A DNA stretch of 63,678 nucleotides, counting the filler, from Octopus bimaculoides (lineage: Eukaryota): the NCBI RefSeq assembly GCF_001194135.2. It is 5 parts of 5 records of this genome, joined end to end, with 100 filler letters (N's around TTAATTAATTAA, not from the genome) between each part and the next. Parts side by side here need not be neighbours in the genome. Positions count along the whole stretch, not along the records: positions 1 to 31,167 come from NC_068983.1; 4 more parts are not named here. One strand, 5' to 3'. The translations under genes and the position numbers were made by a program. The notes below the pieces were generated by a model. That model worked only from the letters and a program-made list of their open reading frames with translations, had not been told where the DNA came from and made no database searches. Shown one piece after another: positions 12,545 to 24,810 of the stretch; within the stretch, counting starts at the first letter, position 1; every line of letters starts with the position of its first letter.

Positions 12545-12845
12545 TCCGTAAAAATACCAAATTTTATTTAATTTGCTTTGCGGGAAGGACTGTTTTAACG
12601 AAGTCGCGTCTTGTCCCAACCATCGAAACGCGGAGTAGATAAAACAGGGGACAACTGATGAATGGATTCTTCTTTATGTTGCTTGTCCCGTTTCTCTGTT
12701 TGTTTCTTTCGTTGTTCGAAAAAAAAGTTTGTTTTCCATGTTTTTGTTTTTTTATGTTGTAGTTTTTCATTTTGTTCACTTTTTTTAACTTCTGTACCCA
12801 TATATGCATGTATATATATACATATATATGTAGGTATGTACACAT
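12545..12845 (+). mobile_element. Interspersed repeat with permuted hammerhead-like motif, subfamily 1
   Basis: CGCGTC-TTGTCCC-aa-CCATCGAAACGCG-15 nt-GGGACAA-CTGATGA-ATGG; a second, partial copy lies at 48243-48460. Confidence 0.65.
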
Positions 12846-13380
12846 ATATATGTATNNNNNNNNNNNNNNNNNNNNNNNNNNNNNNNNNNNNNNNNNNNNN
12901 NNNNNNNNNNNNNNNNNNNNNNNNNNNNNNNNNNNNNNNNNNNNNNNNNNNNNNNNNNNNNNNNNNNNNNNNNNNNNNNNNNNNNNNNNNNNNNNNNNNN
13001 NNNNNNNNNNNNNNNNNNNNNNNNNNNNNNNNNNNNNNNNNNNNNNNNNNNNNNNNNNNNNNNNNNNNNNNNNNNNNNNNNNNNNNNNNNNNNNNNNNNN
13101 NNNNNNNNNNNNNNNNNNNNNNNNNNNNNNNNNNNNNNNNNNNNNNNNNNNNNNNNNNNNNNNNNNNNNNNCTCTCTCTCTCTCTCCCTCTCTCTCTCCC
13201 TATATATATATATATGGAAATAATCTCGCTGCATTTGAAGAATGCATTTGAGTTGTTTGGTCACGATTTTTATATTCTGAATTCAAACCTCATCGAGATG
13301 CGAAATTTTTTTCCCACGAGAGTTCCGGACCCTAGCAATCAGAGCCTTTTCGTTTCTCATTTTGATAAACCTCGTTTAGG

Positions 13381-13551
13381 TGCAGGGGTGGCTGTGTGAT
13401 AAAAAGTTTGCTTCCCAACTGCTTTTGGTTCCGGATTCAGTTCCACTGCATGGCACCTTGGACAAGTGTCTCCTACTATAGCCACAGGCCGACTAAAGCC
13501 TTGTGAGTGGATTTGGTAGACGAAAACTGAAAAAAGCTTGTCGCATATAGT

Positions 13552-13609
<58 letters not shown>

Positions 13610-13950
13610 CATTTCTTTTATTAGCCACACAGGGCTCAACGAAGATAGTTAGATAGATAGATACATAGATACATTGATACATAATACATACATACATACA
13701 TACATACATATATTTATGTGTGTCTTTGTATTTGTTTGTCCCCACCCCACCCCCATCATCATTTGACAATCGATGTTGATGTGTTTACGTACCCGTAACC
13801 TAGCAGTTTAGCAAAAGAGATCAATAGAATAAGTACCAGGCTTAAAAAACAAGTACTGGGGTCCATTCATTCGACTAAACATTCTTCAGGACGGTGCTCC
13901 ACCATGGCCGCAGTCTAATAACGGAAACAAGTAAAAGACAAAAGATAAAC
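13381..13950 (+). mobile_element. SINE family B, near full length, with inserted (GATA)n/tail fragment
   Basis: GTGGCTGTGTG head, GGCACCTTGGACAAGTGTC, 3' ACGGTGCTCCACCATGGCCGCAGTC...AAGTAAAAGA. Confidence 0.8.
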
Positions 13951-14571
13951 GACATGCACCAATTATACACTGAATTACCATTAAATTACCTGCTTTTCTC
14001 ACAAAAGAAATTAGCCTCGTGCCTTAATAGAAAATCAACTAACTAAAGTGTTCATGTTTAATCAATCTTTAAAAACAAGCTGAGTTTACAAGAGCTGTAG
14101 TTTTCTAAATATACCGACCGTTGTATTTATATCGCTAATAGAAGTTAAATAGGAATAGCGTGGTTTGTGGAGGTCAGTGATACGTTGCACACTAAAGACT
14201 TGTATTTTTAAAGATTTGCCTAAATAGGCTCCTGTAGAAATAAACATTATCACACTTGTCACGTCTGAGGTCATGTTCGGCTTAAATTCTAAGGATGAAG
14301 TTGTCTCATTGTTACTATCTATAACTAAAAGACAGTATGGCATGTGCGTCTCCTCTCTTCTCGTTTGGTGTTGGTACCGATTGTCACTAAAGTGAATGGT
14401 CAACTGTCCTGTCTCTGGAAACGGTGACGATTTTAATAAATCGAGAATTAATCTTGTATATAATTTAATATACACATCCTCTTCTTTGCCGCTCTGATTT
14501 ATTTTTTATATTACATCTTTATTTCATTTATAAGTGCGCACGCAAACTTATGTACACAAACGTTTATACAT

Positions 14572-14607
<36 letters not shown>

Positions 14608-14739
14608 TATAATATATATAAAATATATAATATGTATTTATGTATATATTTTTATTAATATATACCAAAAGTAACAGAGTGACTCAAGGTCCGTAAGTTT
14701 CGTTCGTTGACACTTATCGTACTTATATTTATATACGAC

Positions 14740-14850
14740 GTGTTTCTTTCAGTTTCCGTCAACTAAGTCCACTTACAAGTTGCCACTCAGTGGAACTGAA
14801 CCCAGAGCCATGTGGTTCGGAAGCAAACTCTTTACCATACAGCCACATGT
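14740..14850 (-). mobile_element. SINE family B 5' fragment
   Basis: Reverse complement of GTGGCTGTATGGTAAAGAGTTTGCTTCCGAACCACATGG...GGTTCAGTTCCACTG. Confidence 0.7.
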
Positions 14851-15224
14851 GCGTCTATATATGTACTGGTGGGGGGAGGGGGTATATACACACATACGTA
14901 TGCATGATGTGAGTGTGTGCGTATGTGTATGTGTGTATATGTGTATGTGTGTGCGCGCGCGCGTGCCTATATGCGAATATGTACGAAGTATGTCGAACAT
15001 AGGCCTATAAGTCGACTGATTTTAAATATCTATTAGTTATCTGGATGAATGTGATGGTATTCCAAAAATCTTCATCTGACATCACACAACTAGCCAAGAT
15101 GTCAGTCCTCAGGCTGGCTTAAACCACGTTCTTTGTGGCTTGATATTAGGAAAGGGCATACACATGTTCTACTGATCTTTACACTATGCATATTTGTATG
15201 TATGTATGTATGTATGTATGTATG

Positions 15225-15258
<34 letters not shown>

Positions 15259-15484
15259 TGTATGTACGAGGCATATTTGAGAGTCTGTATACACTCAAAC
15301 ACACANNNNNNNNNNNNNNNNNNNNNNNNNNNNNNNNNNNNNNNNNNNNNNNNNNNNNNNNNNNNNNNNNNNNNNNNNNNNNNNNNNNNNNNNNNNNNNN
15401 NNNNNNNNNNNNNNNNNNNNNNNNNNNNNNNNNNNNNNNNNNNNNNNNNNNNNNNNNNNNNNNNNNNNNNNNNNNNNNNNNNNN

Positions 15485-15515
<31 letters not shown>

Positions 15516-15633
15516 TTATGTGTTTGAATATATGAGCGACTTTCATACATAGAAACACAGACACGCACATACATATATATGTGTGTGTGTGTGTGTACGT
15601 ATATTTATATAGATAGATATAGATATAGATATA

Positions 15634-16840
15634 TATCAGGTCATCCCATAAGTTCTGTCCGAATTTTGAATAAAGAAAGCAAGTGATCAAATGCTATATT
15701 TAATTAAAATTTAATCATCAATGTACTTTCCCTGATTATCTATGACTTCCTTCCATCTATTTACAAGCTTTTTAATCCCATCAATGTAAAACTTTTTGGG
15801 TTTCAAAGCGAAGAACTCTGAAATGTCAGTTTCGACCTCCTCCTGTCTTGCAAAAGTTTTGTATCCCAAATGATTTTGTAAACTACGAAACAAATGGTAG
15901 TTTGAAGGAGCAAGGTCAGGAGAATAAAGTGGATGAGGAATTTTTTCCCAGCCAAGATCTTCGATCTTCTGTGATGTGATCTTTGCAGTGTGGGGTCGTG
16001 CATTGTCCCGACGAGACATCACTCTTTTTCAATTCACTAAAGCGGGTCTTTTTTTCTTCAAAGCTTGGTTCAAACGCTCTAATTGCTGACAGTAGACTTG
16101 AGAATTGAATGTTGCATTAGGTGGTAACAATTCAAAGTGAATTGCTCCTTTGCAATCCCACCAGATAGAGAGAAGAACCTTTTTCCCATGAAGTTCCCTT
16201 CTCGGTCGTGGTTGAGCTTTTTCCTTTTTACCAAGCCACTGTTTAGGACGTTTAACAAACATTTCAATAGAAGATCTATTTATCGTCACCAGTCGCAAGT
16301 CTATCCAAAAAGGGTGAAATAAGTTCGCAAGAATGGAGAGAAGAGCAGATGTCAACTCAGGAGTTGCGGTTGCTTTTGGACAATTCATGAGGCACCCATT
16401 TTCCAAGTTTAGGAACCTTTCCATGTTGTTGAAGATTACATGAACAGTTGAGCTAAGCTTTATTGCCAATTCTTCAATTGATAATACAGGATTTACTTCA
16501 AGTAATGCTCGAAGGAGCTTATCATCAAACTCAACTGGACGTCCTGTTCTATCTTCATCTCCAAAGCTGAAATCTCCACTTCTCAATTTTGCAAACCATC
16601 TTCTTCAAGTTCTTTCATTCAAGCATTCTTTCCTATAAACTGAGTGTATGTTTCGAGTCGCTTCGGCTGCAGAGTTTCCTTTTTTGTACTCATAAAGAAT
16701 TATGTGCCTCATATGCTCTTTGGATATTTCCATGTTAGAAAGGGTTTTAATCAAAGAAATTTTAATTCTATTACTTTGTAAAATAATATTTAATTAGTTT
16801 AAATGTATACAAATGCATAAAAATAATTTAAAATTCTATT
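15634..16840 (-). mobile_element. Mariner (Mos1-like, DD34D) DNA transposon
   Basis: Transposase remnants plus terminal sequence TATCAGGTCATCCCATAAGTTCTGTCCG in a TA-rich flank; the other end falls in the N gap. Confidence 0.9.
15711..16733 (-). pseudogene. Disrupted mariner transposase
   Basis: MEISKEHMRHIILYEYKKGNSAAEATRNI...RWFAKLRSGDFS, TGDDK, KVLLSIWWDCKG, DNARPH-(34 aa)-YSPDLAPSNYHLF. Contains in-frame stops and frameshifts. Confidence 0.92.
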
Positions 16841-16962
16841 NNNNNNNNNNNNNNNNNNNNNNNNNNNNNNNNNNNNNNNNNNNNNNNNNNNNNNNNNNNN
16901 NNNNNNNNNNNNNNNNNNNNNNNNNNNNNNNNNNNNNNNNTATTATATATATATATATATCA

Positions 16963-17311
16963 CAGTGAAAAGCAGCTTCACATGTGCTTCGGAGAACCTG
17001 ATATACGCACTAACCTGCTCTGGGTGTCAAGAGCAATACATAGGCCAAACAAAAAACAGTCTACGTCAAAGGATGGGTCTGCACAGATCCCAGATCAAAA
17101 TTCCCCAAAACAGAAAAATAGCATTCAGCCAACACATCGACAGTTGCGCAATAACAAAATTCCAAGGTTCAGAAATGTTCCCCTCTATCAATTCAGGGAC
17201 GATACAACCTGTAGGCAACGAATTAGTAAAGAGACTCTTTTTATTACAAAATACAGACCCCTTTTGAATGCATCTACAACAAACGGCATATCTGCCACGG
17301 CCTTAGAATAG
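16963..17311 (+). mobile_element. Penelope-like element, GIY-YIG endonuclease C-terminal fragment
   Basis: FTCASENLIYALTCSGCQEQYIGQTKNSLRQRMGLHRSQI matches the PLE GIY-YIG pattern (C-x-S-x-N-x-IY...CxxC...YIGQT...LxxRxxxH). Confidence 0.85.
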
Positions 17312-18029
17312 CACAAACACACACGCAAATATTAAAAATGATATATTCAAGAGATACACAAAAATTCATTAAAAAAATAGTCCCAATCACTGCTATAATC
17401 CACAACGAACCACTTTTAGGTCACTTGACCATTTAACATCCTACTACTATCATACCACCTGCATCCTTTATTATTCTCTCTTCTCTTTCGCCTTCTTCTT
17501 CTTCGTCTTCTTCGCAAATATTATAAACAATACATTCAAAAGAGATGTCTCAAAAGTTCAATCACTACTGCCATCCACAACAAGTTACTTTCAGGGCACT
17601 TGACCATTTAACATCCTACCACTATCATGGTACTTCCGCATTCTTCTTCTCCTCCTCATCACCCTCCTCCTCATCTTCCTCCCTCTTCTTCTTCTTCTTC
17701 TTCTTCTTCAACCGGCTTCTTCTTCAAGAAAAAAAAGAGAAAAGACCAGAAGAATAAGAAAGTAACTTAAAAACAAAATAAAAAAACAGGTTGTGGGATC
17801 GATTTGTTCGACTTAAACCCTTCAGGGCGATAGCCTCGTTATGCCCTCAGCCTAATGACTGAAACAGCTGAAAGATAAAAGATAATATATGCATGCACAC
17901 ACACGCACACATAGCACAAACTTACATAGGCAAATAGAGATTGAGTAGAGAGATGAGGAGTAAGAAGAAAGAAAGAGATGCACATCCTTACATATTTAAG
18001 ATAAATTTGAAACATGGGTGCCTGTTATG

Positions 18030-18072
<43 letters not shown>

Positions 18073-18396
18073 AACACACACATATATGCATGTGTGAGAG
18101 AGACAGAGAGAAAGGGGGTAGAGATGTGTATGTACGCATACAAGTACAGCTATTCATCGTAATTATTTATCTAGAGACTCGTAAAACACATATAATTTTA
18201 TCGAGATGTGTTTGTTGATAGTATTTATAAATATGGTGGGACAGAACATGTAAATGGCGGTAGGCAAACTGATAGAAAAACAGATTGGTGAATAGATAGA
18301 CACAGAGAGAGACAGAGACAGATAAACAGACAAAAACAGAGAGACAGATACATGCATGCATACATACATACATTGACATCTAGATAGATTGCTTGG

Positions 18397-18458
<62 letters not shown>

Positions 18459-18674
18459 CATTTCTTTTATTAGCCACACAGGGCTCAACGAAGATGGGAC
18501 AAATACAATGTAGAGCTTTTCTTTTTGGGAGGGGGAAGGAAGGAAAAAAAAAAAAAAAAAAAATTGGTGGTGTCGATCAAAAGGGATCGTAGGAAGGGAA
18601 AAAGGGGGAGTTCGATCAAAAGGGATCGAAAAAAAAAAGAAAAGGAAAGGCCGATCAATAGGGATCTGGTAGAG

Positions 18675-18725
<51 letters not shown>

Positions 18726-18997
18726 GAAGTAATATAGCAAGAGAGAGAGAAAATGTCTCTGTATTTTACTTTGTTTTCCAATATTTTATTGGATTTTACT
18801 CCTTGTTATTCTTATGTTTGTTGTTGTTTACCAACTGGATGTTGTTGCCTTGACGAACTTTCCTGTGTCAATAATGGAATGGTAGGATGCAAGAAAAATA
18901 AATCTATTCCTAAAGTACATATTTGGACACACAAAATTACTGTGAAGAACTTGAAAACAAATACTTGGGTTAGTCTTACGTGTGTGTGTGTGTGTGT

Positions 18998-19094
<97 letters not shown>

Positions 19095-19246
19095 TGTGTG
19101 TCTGTGTGTCTGTGTGTCTGTGTCTGTGTCTGTGTGTTTGTCTGTGTGTTTGTCTGTGTGTTTGTGTGTGTTTTGTGATTAGTGTATGCCTCCTATGAGA
19201 GAAGATGTTAAGAATGAAGGTGGGAGAGTTGAAAACTTGAAAAATA

Positions 19247-19378
19247 GAAGAAGAAGAAGAAGAAGAAGAAGAAGAAAAAGAAGAAGAAGAAGAAGAAGAA
19301 GAAGAAGAAGAAGAAGAAGAAGAAGAAGAAGAAGAAGAAGAAGAAGAAGAAGAAGAAGAAGAAGAAGAAGAAGAAGAA
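19247..19378 (+). repeat. (GAA)n microsatellite
   Basis: About 130 bp of GAA with one interruption. Confidence 0.95.
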
Positions 19379-21142
19379 GGATGTGGACAGTAATTGTTAA
19401 GTGCAGCGACGTATCCATTAGAGTGTGTCAACACACAGTATTTTTACTTCTTTCCAGGGTGTGGGGAGCTCCCTGCTTCTCCAAGCTCTCGTACCAAGTT
19501 AATCTGAAGATGCAAAACGCCTAATTACAATGTGCATCTGCGGGAAGGCTTATCAGGTTACTAGGCGAGGAAAAAGCTCTGTATTGGTTAGGTAGATTCA
19601 GACACAAAGCTGCTTCCCGAGTCACTTCTGTGAGAATGTTTATTTGCCTTCCCAAATTCTTATATCTCTTACACACAGGGATGATGTCTCTGGTTGCCAT
19701 TAGATAGCACGGATCTGAATCGCTCAATGTAAAAATGGGCCGTACCATGTAAACATTGTAGGCTGATAAATTAACTTTGCACATCAACTAATAATAACCC
19801 ACTTTCATTAGGTTTCACATCTTAGTACCGCAGCACTAAGATAATTAGACATGCTTTTACTTCCGGATAATTAGATTTGCTTTTACTTCCTTGAAAAACA
19901 CTGGTAATGCAGATCNNNNNNNNNNNNNNNNNNNNNNNNNNNNNNNNNNNNNNNNNNNNNNNNNNNNNNNNNNNNNNNNNNNNNNNNNNNNNNNNNNNNN
20001 NNNNNNNNNNNNNNNNNNNNNNNNNNNNNNNNNNNNNNNNNNNNNNNNNNNNNNNNNNNNNNNNNNNNNNNNNNNNNNNNNNNNNNNNNNNNNNNNNNNN
20101 NNNNNNNNNNNNNNNNNNNNNNNNNNNNNNNNNNNNNNNNNNNNNNNNNNNNNNNNNNNNNNNNNNNNNNNNNNNNNNNNNNNNNNNNNNNNNNNNNNNN
20201 NNNNNNNNNNNNNNNNNNNNNNNNNNNNNNNNNNNNNNNNNNNNNNNNNNNNNNNNNNNNNNNNNNNNNNNNNNNNNNNNNNNNNNNNNNNNNNNNNNNN
20301 NNNNNNNNNNNNNNNNNNNNNNNNNNNNNNNNNNNNNNNNNNNNNNNNNNNNNNNNNNNNNNNNNNNNNNNNNNNNNNNNNNNNNNNNNNNNNNNNNNNN
20401 NNNNNNNNNNNNNNNNNNNNNNNNNNNNNNNNNNNNNNTATATATATACATATATATATATATATAATATTTATGAAATATAATTAAAATTCCGTTGAAT
20501 TAGGTACTTAAATCGAGGTACCTTGCTATGTCAGTATAATCCGCGAACTCAAATAATATCAATTGAATATTGAATATCAAGACTCCGTGCGGGGCGTTCG
20601 TAGCCGATATTCCTGCCGTGTGTGAATACAACACAACCCAGCTAAATGAAGATATCTACTCTTGGTAATTCAGACATGTACTTTTCATGGAGGTATTTTC
20701 TATAGTATTTTCGAAGTGCAGATTCGAAGTTAGGTTAATAAAATATAAATGAGTTACAAAGATGGAAGATAGTAAGCTTCGAGCAGTCTGTAGAAGGTAT
20801 AAAAAGCAGCTTTCAGGAATTATAGTGGTTTATTGTCGTAGAAGGTTGTAATTTTTTCCCGTATCGAAGTTTGATAAGCTGAAAAAATTGTTTTGTAGCT
20901 TACGGTTAGCAACAGGGCTTCTGTGTATGCGAATGGAAATCCCAAATTGGGGAAAGGAGTAGATAACGATTTTTCAAACCGACCACATAGAGGAATGGTG
21001 TTCGTCTCTATTTTGAATGGTGTTTTTATCCATAATGAAGACAAACGTCATTCCCCCATGTGGATCACCTTGAAAAATTGTTAGGATATTAAGATATTTT
21101 TCTTAACATGAAACCAATGGTAGCCTTAATACACACAAATAT

Positions 21143-21179
<37 letters not shown>

Positions 21180-21844
21180 GATGCGGTTGTTTTAGTTTTC
21201 TTTCGGGTCAGCTCTTACAAAGTAAAGGTATGATTAAGGGCTTTGACCATTAACTGACCATCCTATATCTAGGACTACAGTATGAAATTTATAGGCTGTG
21301 TTGTTTTAGTCTTTTCCTGGTGAGTGGCACAATTGTTATTGACAACGGTGTTGGTAGTAAAAAAATGTTTGGTGGGAGGGTTACTTGTGGTGACGCTAGT
21401 GTTGCTGGAATGGTAGTGGATCTTGTGAATATGCTGAGTTGTAATCATTATCTTTGTTCAGTCTTTGTCAACCCTCACTGAGCAAATGTATGATTGATCA
21501 AACTCCATTATAGTCATGACAATACCGTCCTTTCCCCCCCCCCCAGATATTTTATATCTAGAGCTGCATAATCCAATGTTTCGTTTCTTTTTGGATATGT
21601 TAGGATGATATGTGAGGTCATTGTTTCTAACAGATCGAGCAACACGTAGAGGCTAGCTTCCATCGGCGGCGGCTGTGGCGGCATCAATGTTGTTATCGGT
21701 AGTAATGATAATAATATTGGTATTACTAATGTTACTACTGTTGTTACTGTTGTTACTGTTGTAGCTCTTGTTGGTGTTAAAGAGATAGCGCTGGTGATAA
21801 CGATGATAAGAATAGGTTTGTTATTGTCGCTGTGGTTGCTGCTG

Positions 21845-21878
<34 letters not shown>

Positions 21879-22347
21879 ATGGGGGTGTACTTTGTAGTAA
21901 TACTGGTGACAGTGGTGCTTTTAGTGTTGGTGGTGGTCGTGGACGTGGTTTTCGTTGTGGTAGTATTGCTGATGTCAGTATTGGTTGTGGTCCTTGGTGG
22001 TATTGCTGTTGTTGGTGAGGAGAGCAACAGCCATTTCTTGCTGTTATTGTTATTGTTGTTGCTGTTGTTGTTGTAGGTCCTAACGTTATTATCGGTGTTG
22101 TTCCTCGTAATGTTGCTGTCGTAACTGCTGCCTCTGCTGCTGCTGCTGCTGCTGCTGCTGAAACCGTAATTTAGAAAGGAATCGGGTTACCTATGAATGA
22201 CAAGTTGGAAAATTTATCTTTTATCTCCGTAGTCATTTCCTTCCCCGGCCGAGCTGCCATGTTGATCGATTGTTCTTCCGTTTTCTATCGAACTATTTAT
22301 ACGGATGTTCCTTTTTTCCGACATCTAAACACCACCACCACCACCAT

Positions 22348-22392
<45 letters not shown>

Positions 22393-23789
22393 CACACATT
22401 TCAAAACTACTCGATACAGTCACCTCCTCACTTACATACTACCACCACCCTACTTTNNNNNNNNNNNNNNNNNNNNNNNNNNNNNNNNNNNNNNNNNNNN
22501 NNNNNNNNNNNNNNNNNNNNNNNNNNNNNNNNNNNNNNNNNNNNNNNNNNNNNNNNNNNNNNNNNNNNNNNNNNNNNNNNNNNNNNNNNNNNNNNNNNNN
22601 NNNNNNNNNNNNNNNNNNNNNNNNNNNNNNNNNNNNNNNNNNNNNNNNNNNNNNNNNNNNNNNNNNNNNNNNNNNNNNNNNNNNNNNNNNNNNNNNNNNN
22701 NNNNNNNNNNNNNNNNNNNNNNNNNNNNNNNNNNNNNNNNNNNNNNNNNNNNNNNNNNNNNNNNNNNNNNNNNNNNNNNNNNNNNNNNNNNNNNNNNNNN
22801 NNNNNNNNNNNNNNNNNNNNNNNNNNNNNNNNNNNNNNNNNNNNNNNNNNNNNNNNNNNNNNNNNNNNNNNNNNNNNNNNNNNNNNNNNNNNNNNNNNNN
22901 NNNNNNNNNNNNNNNNNNNNNNNNNNNNNNNNNNNNNNNNNNNNNNNNNNNNNNNNNNNNNNNNNNNNNNNNNNNNNNNNNNNNNNNNNNNNNNNNNNNN
23001 NNNNNNNNNNNNNNNNNNNNNNNNNNNNNNNNNNNNNNNNNNNNNNNNNNNNNNNNNNNNNNNNNNNNNNNNNNNNNNNNNNNNNNNNNNNNNNNNNNNN
23101 NNNNNNNNNNNNNNNNNNNNNNNNNNNNNNNNNNNNNNNNNNNNNNNNNNNNNNNNNNNNNNNNNNNNNNNNNNNNNNNNNNNNNNNNNNNNNNNNNNNN
23201 NNNNNNNNNNNNNNNNNNNNNNNNNNNNNNNNNNNNNNNNNNNNNNNNNNNNNNNNNNNNNNNNNNNNNNNNNNNNNNNNNNNNNNNNNNNNNNNNNNNN
23301 NNNNNNNNNNNNNNNNNNNNNNNNNNNNNNNNNNNNNNNNNNNNNNNNNNNNNNNNNNNNNNNNNNNNNNNNNNNNNNNNNNNNNNNNNNNNNNNNNNNN
23401 NNNNNNNNNNNNNNNNNNNNNNNNNNNNNNNNNNNNNNCCATCCCTTACACCCCTCCCACATACCCCACCTCTACCCCCACCCTCAGTTTAACCCACACC
23501 CTACCCTTGCTTTCCCCACTCTCGCCTCCCCCACCTCCCAACATCATCATACCACGCCACACACCACTACACTATACACCACCATACCACACAACACATC
23601 ACATATCTCACCACCACGCACACACTAGCACTGACCACTTCCCAGCCCAACATCTTCACACCTACACATACACACACGCACACATCAAAGTCACCATCCC
23701 TCTTCCACATGCACATACATACTCTTTTATACATGCGCACCTTTGTTTTGGGATCACCACTACTTTATTATCTCCCCTCTTCCTAGCTC

Positions 23790-23945
23790 TCCTGTGTGAC
23801 CCTTCTTCCGGCATTCGCCATGATAGATCGCTAGCTACTACAAATTATTTATTTTCTCTCCTTGTTTCTTTCTGTGCTCCTTTCTGTGGAAGAGCGTAGG
23901 CTCGAAACGTTAAAGACTTTTTCAATTCTCGAGCATTAAAACTCA
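23790..23945 (+). mobile_element. Penelope-like terminal fragment with minimal hammerhead-like motif
   Basis: CTTT-CTGTGGA-A-GAGC-gtag-GCTC-GAAACGTT-AAAG at 23880-23915. Confidence 0.55.
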
Positions 23946-24574
23946 ATTAAATTCAATTTATCAAAAATTAAAATTAAATTAAGTTTCACAGTATATAATA
24001 TATAGATATNNNNNNNNNNNNNNNNNNNNNNNNNNNNNNNNNNNNNNNNNNNNNNNNNNNNNNNNNNNNNNNNNNNNNNNNNNNNNNNNNNNNNNNNNNN
24101 NNNNNNNNNNNNNNNNNNNNNNNNNNNNNNNNNNNNNNNNNNNNNNNNNNNNNNNNNNNNNNNNNNNNNNNNNNNNNNNNNNNNNNNNNNNNNNNNNNNN
24201 NNNNNNNNNNNNNNNNNNNNNNNNNNNNNNNNNNNNNNNNNNNTATATACTTTTGATATCTTATCTCTCCTTTCATTCTCTTATTTCCCTCTATATTCCC
24301 ATCTCTTCCTTTTCCATAATAATTCGAACTCAAATATTTTCTCAAGCCGTCTCTGATGAAGAGATATCCATAATATTTGTCAGCTAATAATATATATTCA
24401 GTGTGCATGTATAAATTATGCGCGAGTGTTCATATAAAAATATTACTGTGTGTGTGTGCGATCGCGCGCGTGTGTGTGTGGACATACCAAGGAATTTTTC
24501 AAATAGCCACATTAATTTTGCTGTTACTTATAGTATTCTCTCTGGATGTCAGCATCTATTTAACATAATAGAGT

Positions 24575-24810
24575 TGACGGCGAGCTGGCAGAAACGTTAG
24601 CACGCCGGGCGAAATGCTTAGCTGTATTTCGTCTGCCGTTACGTTCTGAGTTCAAATTCCGCCGAGGTCGACTTTGCCTTTCATCCTTTCGGGGTCGATT
24701 AAATAAGTACCAGGTACGCACTGGGGTCGATATAATCGACTTAATCGCTTTGTCTGTCCTTGTTTGTTCCCTCTATGTTTAGCCACTTGTGAGCAATAAA
24801 GAAATAAAAT
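24575..24810 (+). mobile_element. SINE family A, full length
   Basis: GGCGAGCTGGCAGAAACGTTAGC...GAGTTCAAATTCCGCCGAGGTCGAC...AATAAAGAAATA tail. Confidence 0.9.

Noticed and set aside
15890-15900. D-to-N at the third catalytic residue as SETMAR-like domestication
   Set aside because: The transposase has stops and frameshifts; a single transition explains the change.
19460-19524. Strong plus-strand acceptor (tttttacttctttccag) as a terminal exon
   Set aside because: All frames stop within about 22 codons, with no partner exon or recognisable peptide.
20500-21080. Possible decayed LINE RT (IFQGDP...FAYTEA...RFKY) on the minus strand
   Set aside because: Motifs are weak and their spacing is inconsistent.
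21300-22160. Thr/Val-rich ORFs resembling mucin
   Set aside because: Decayed GTT/GGT/GCT trinucleotide low-complexity sequence.
24335-24365. CTGATGAAGAG as another hammerhead
   Set aside because: No GAAA segment or pairing partners nearby.
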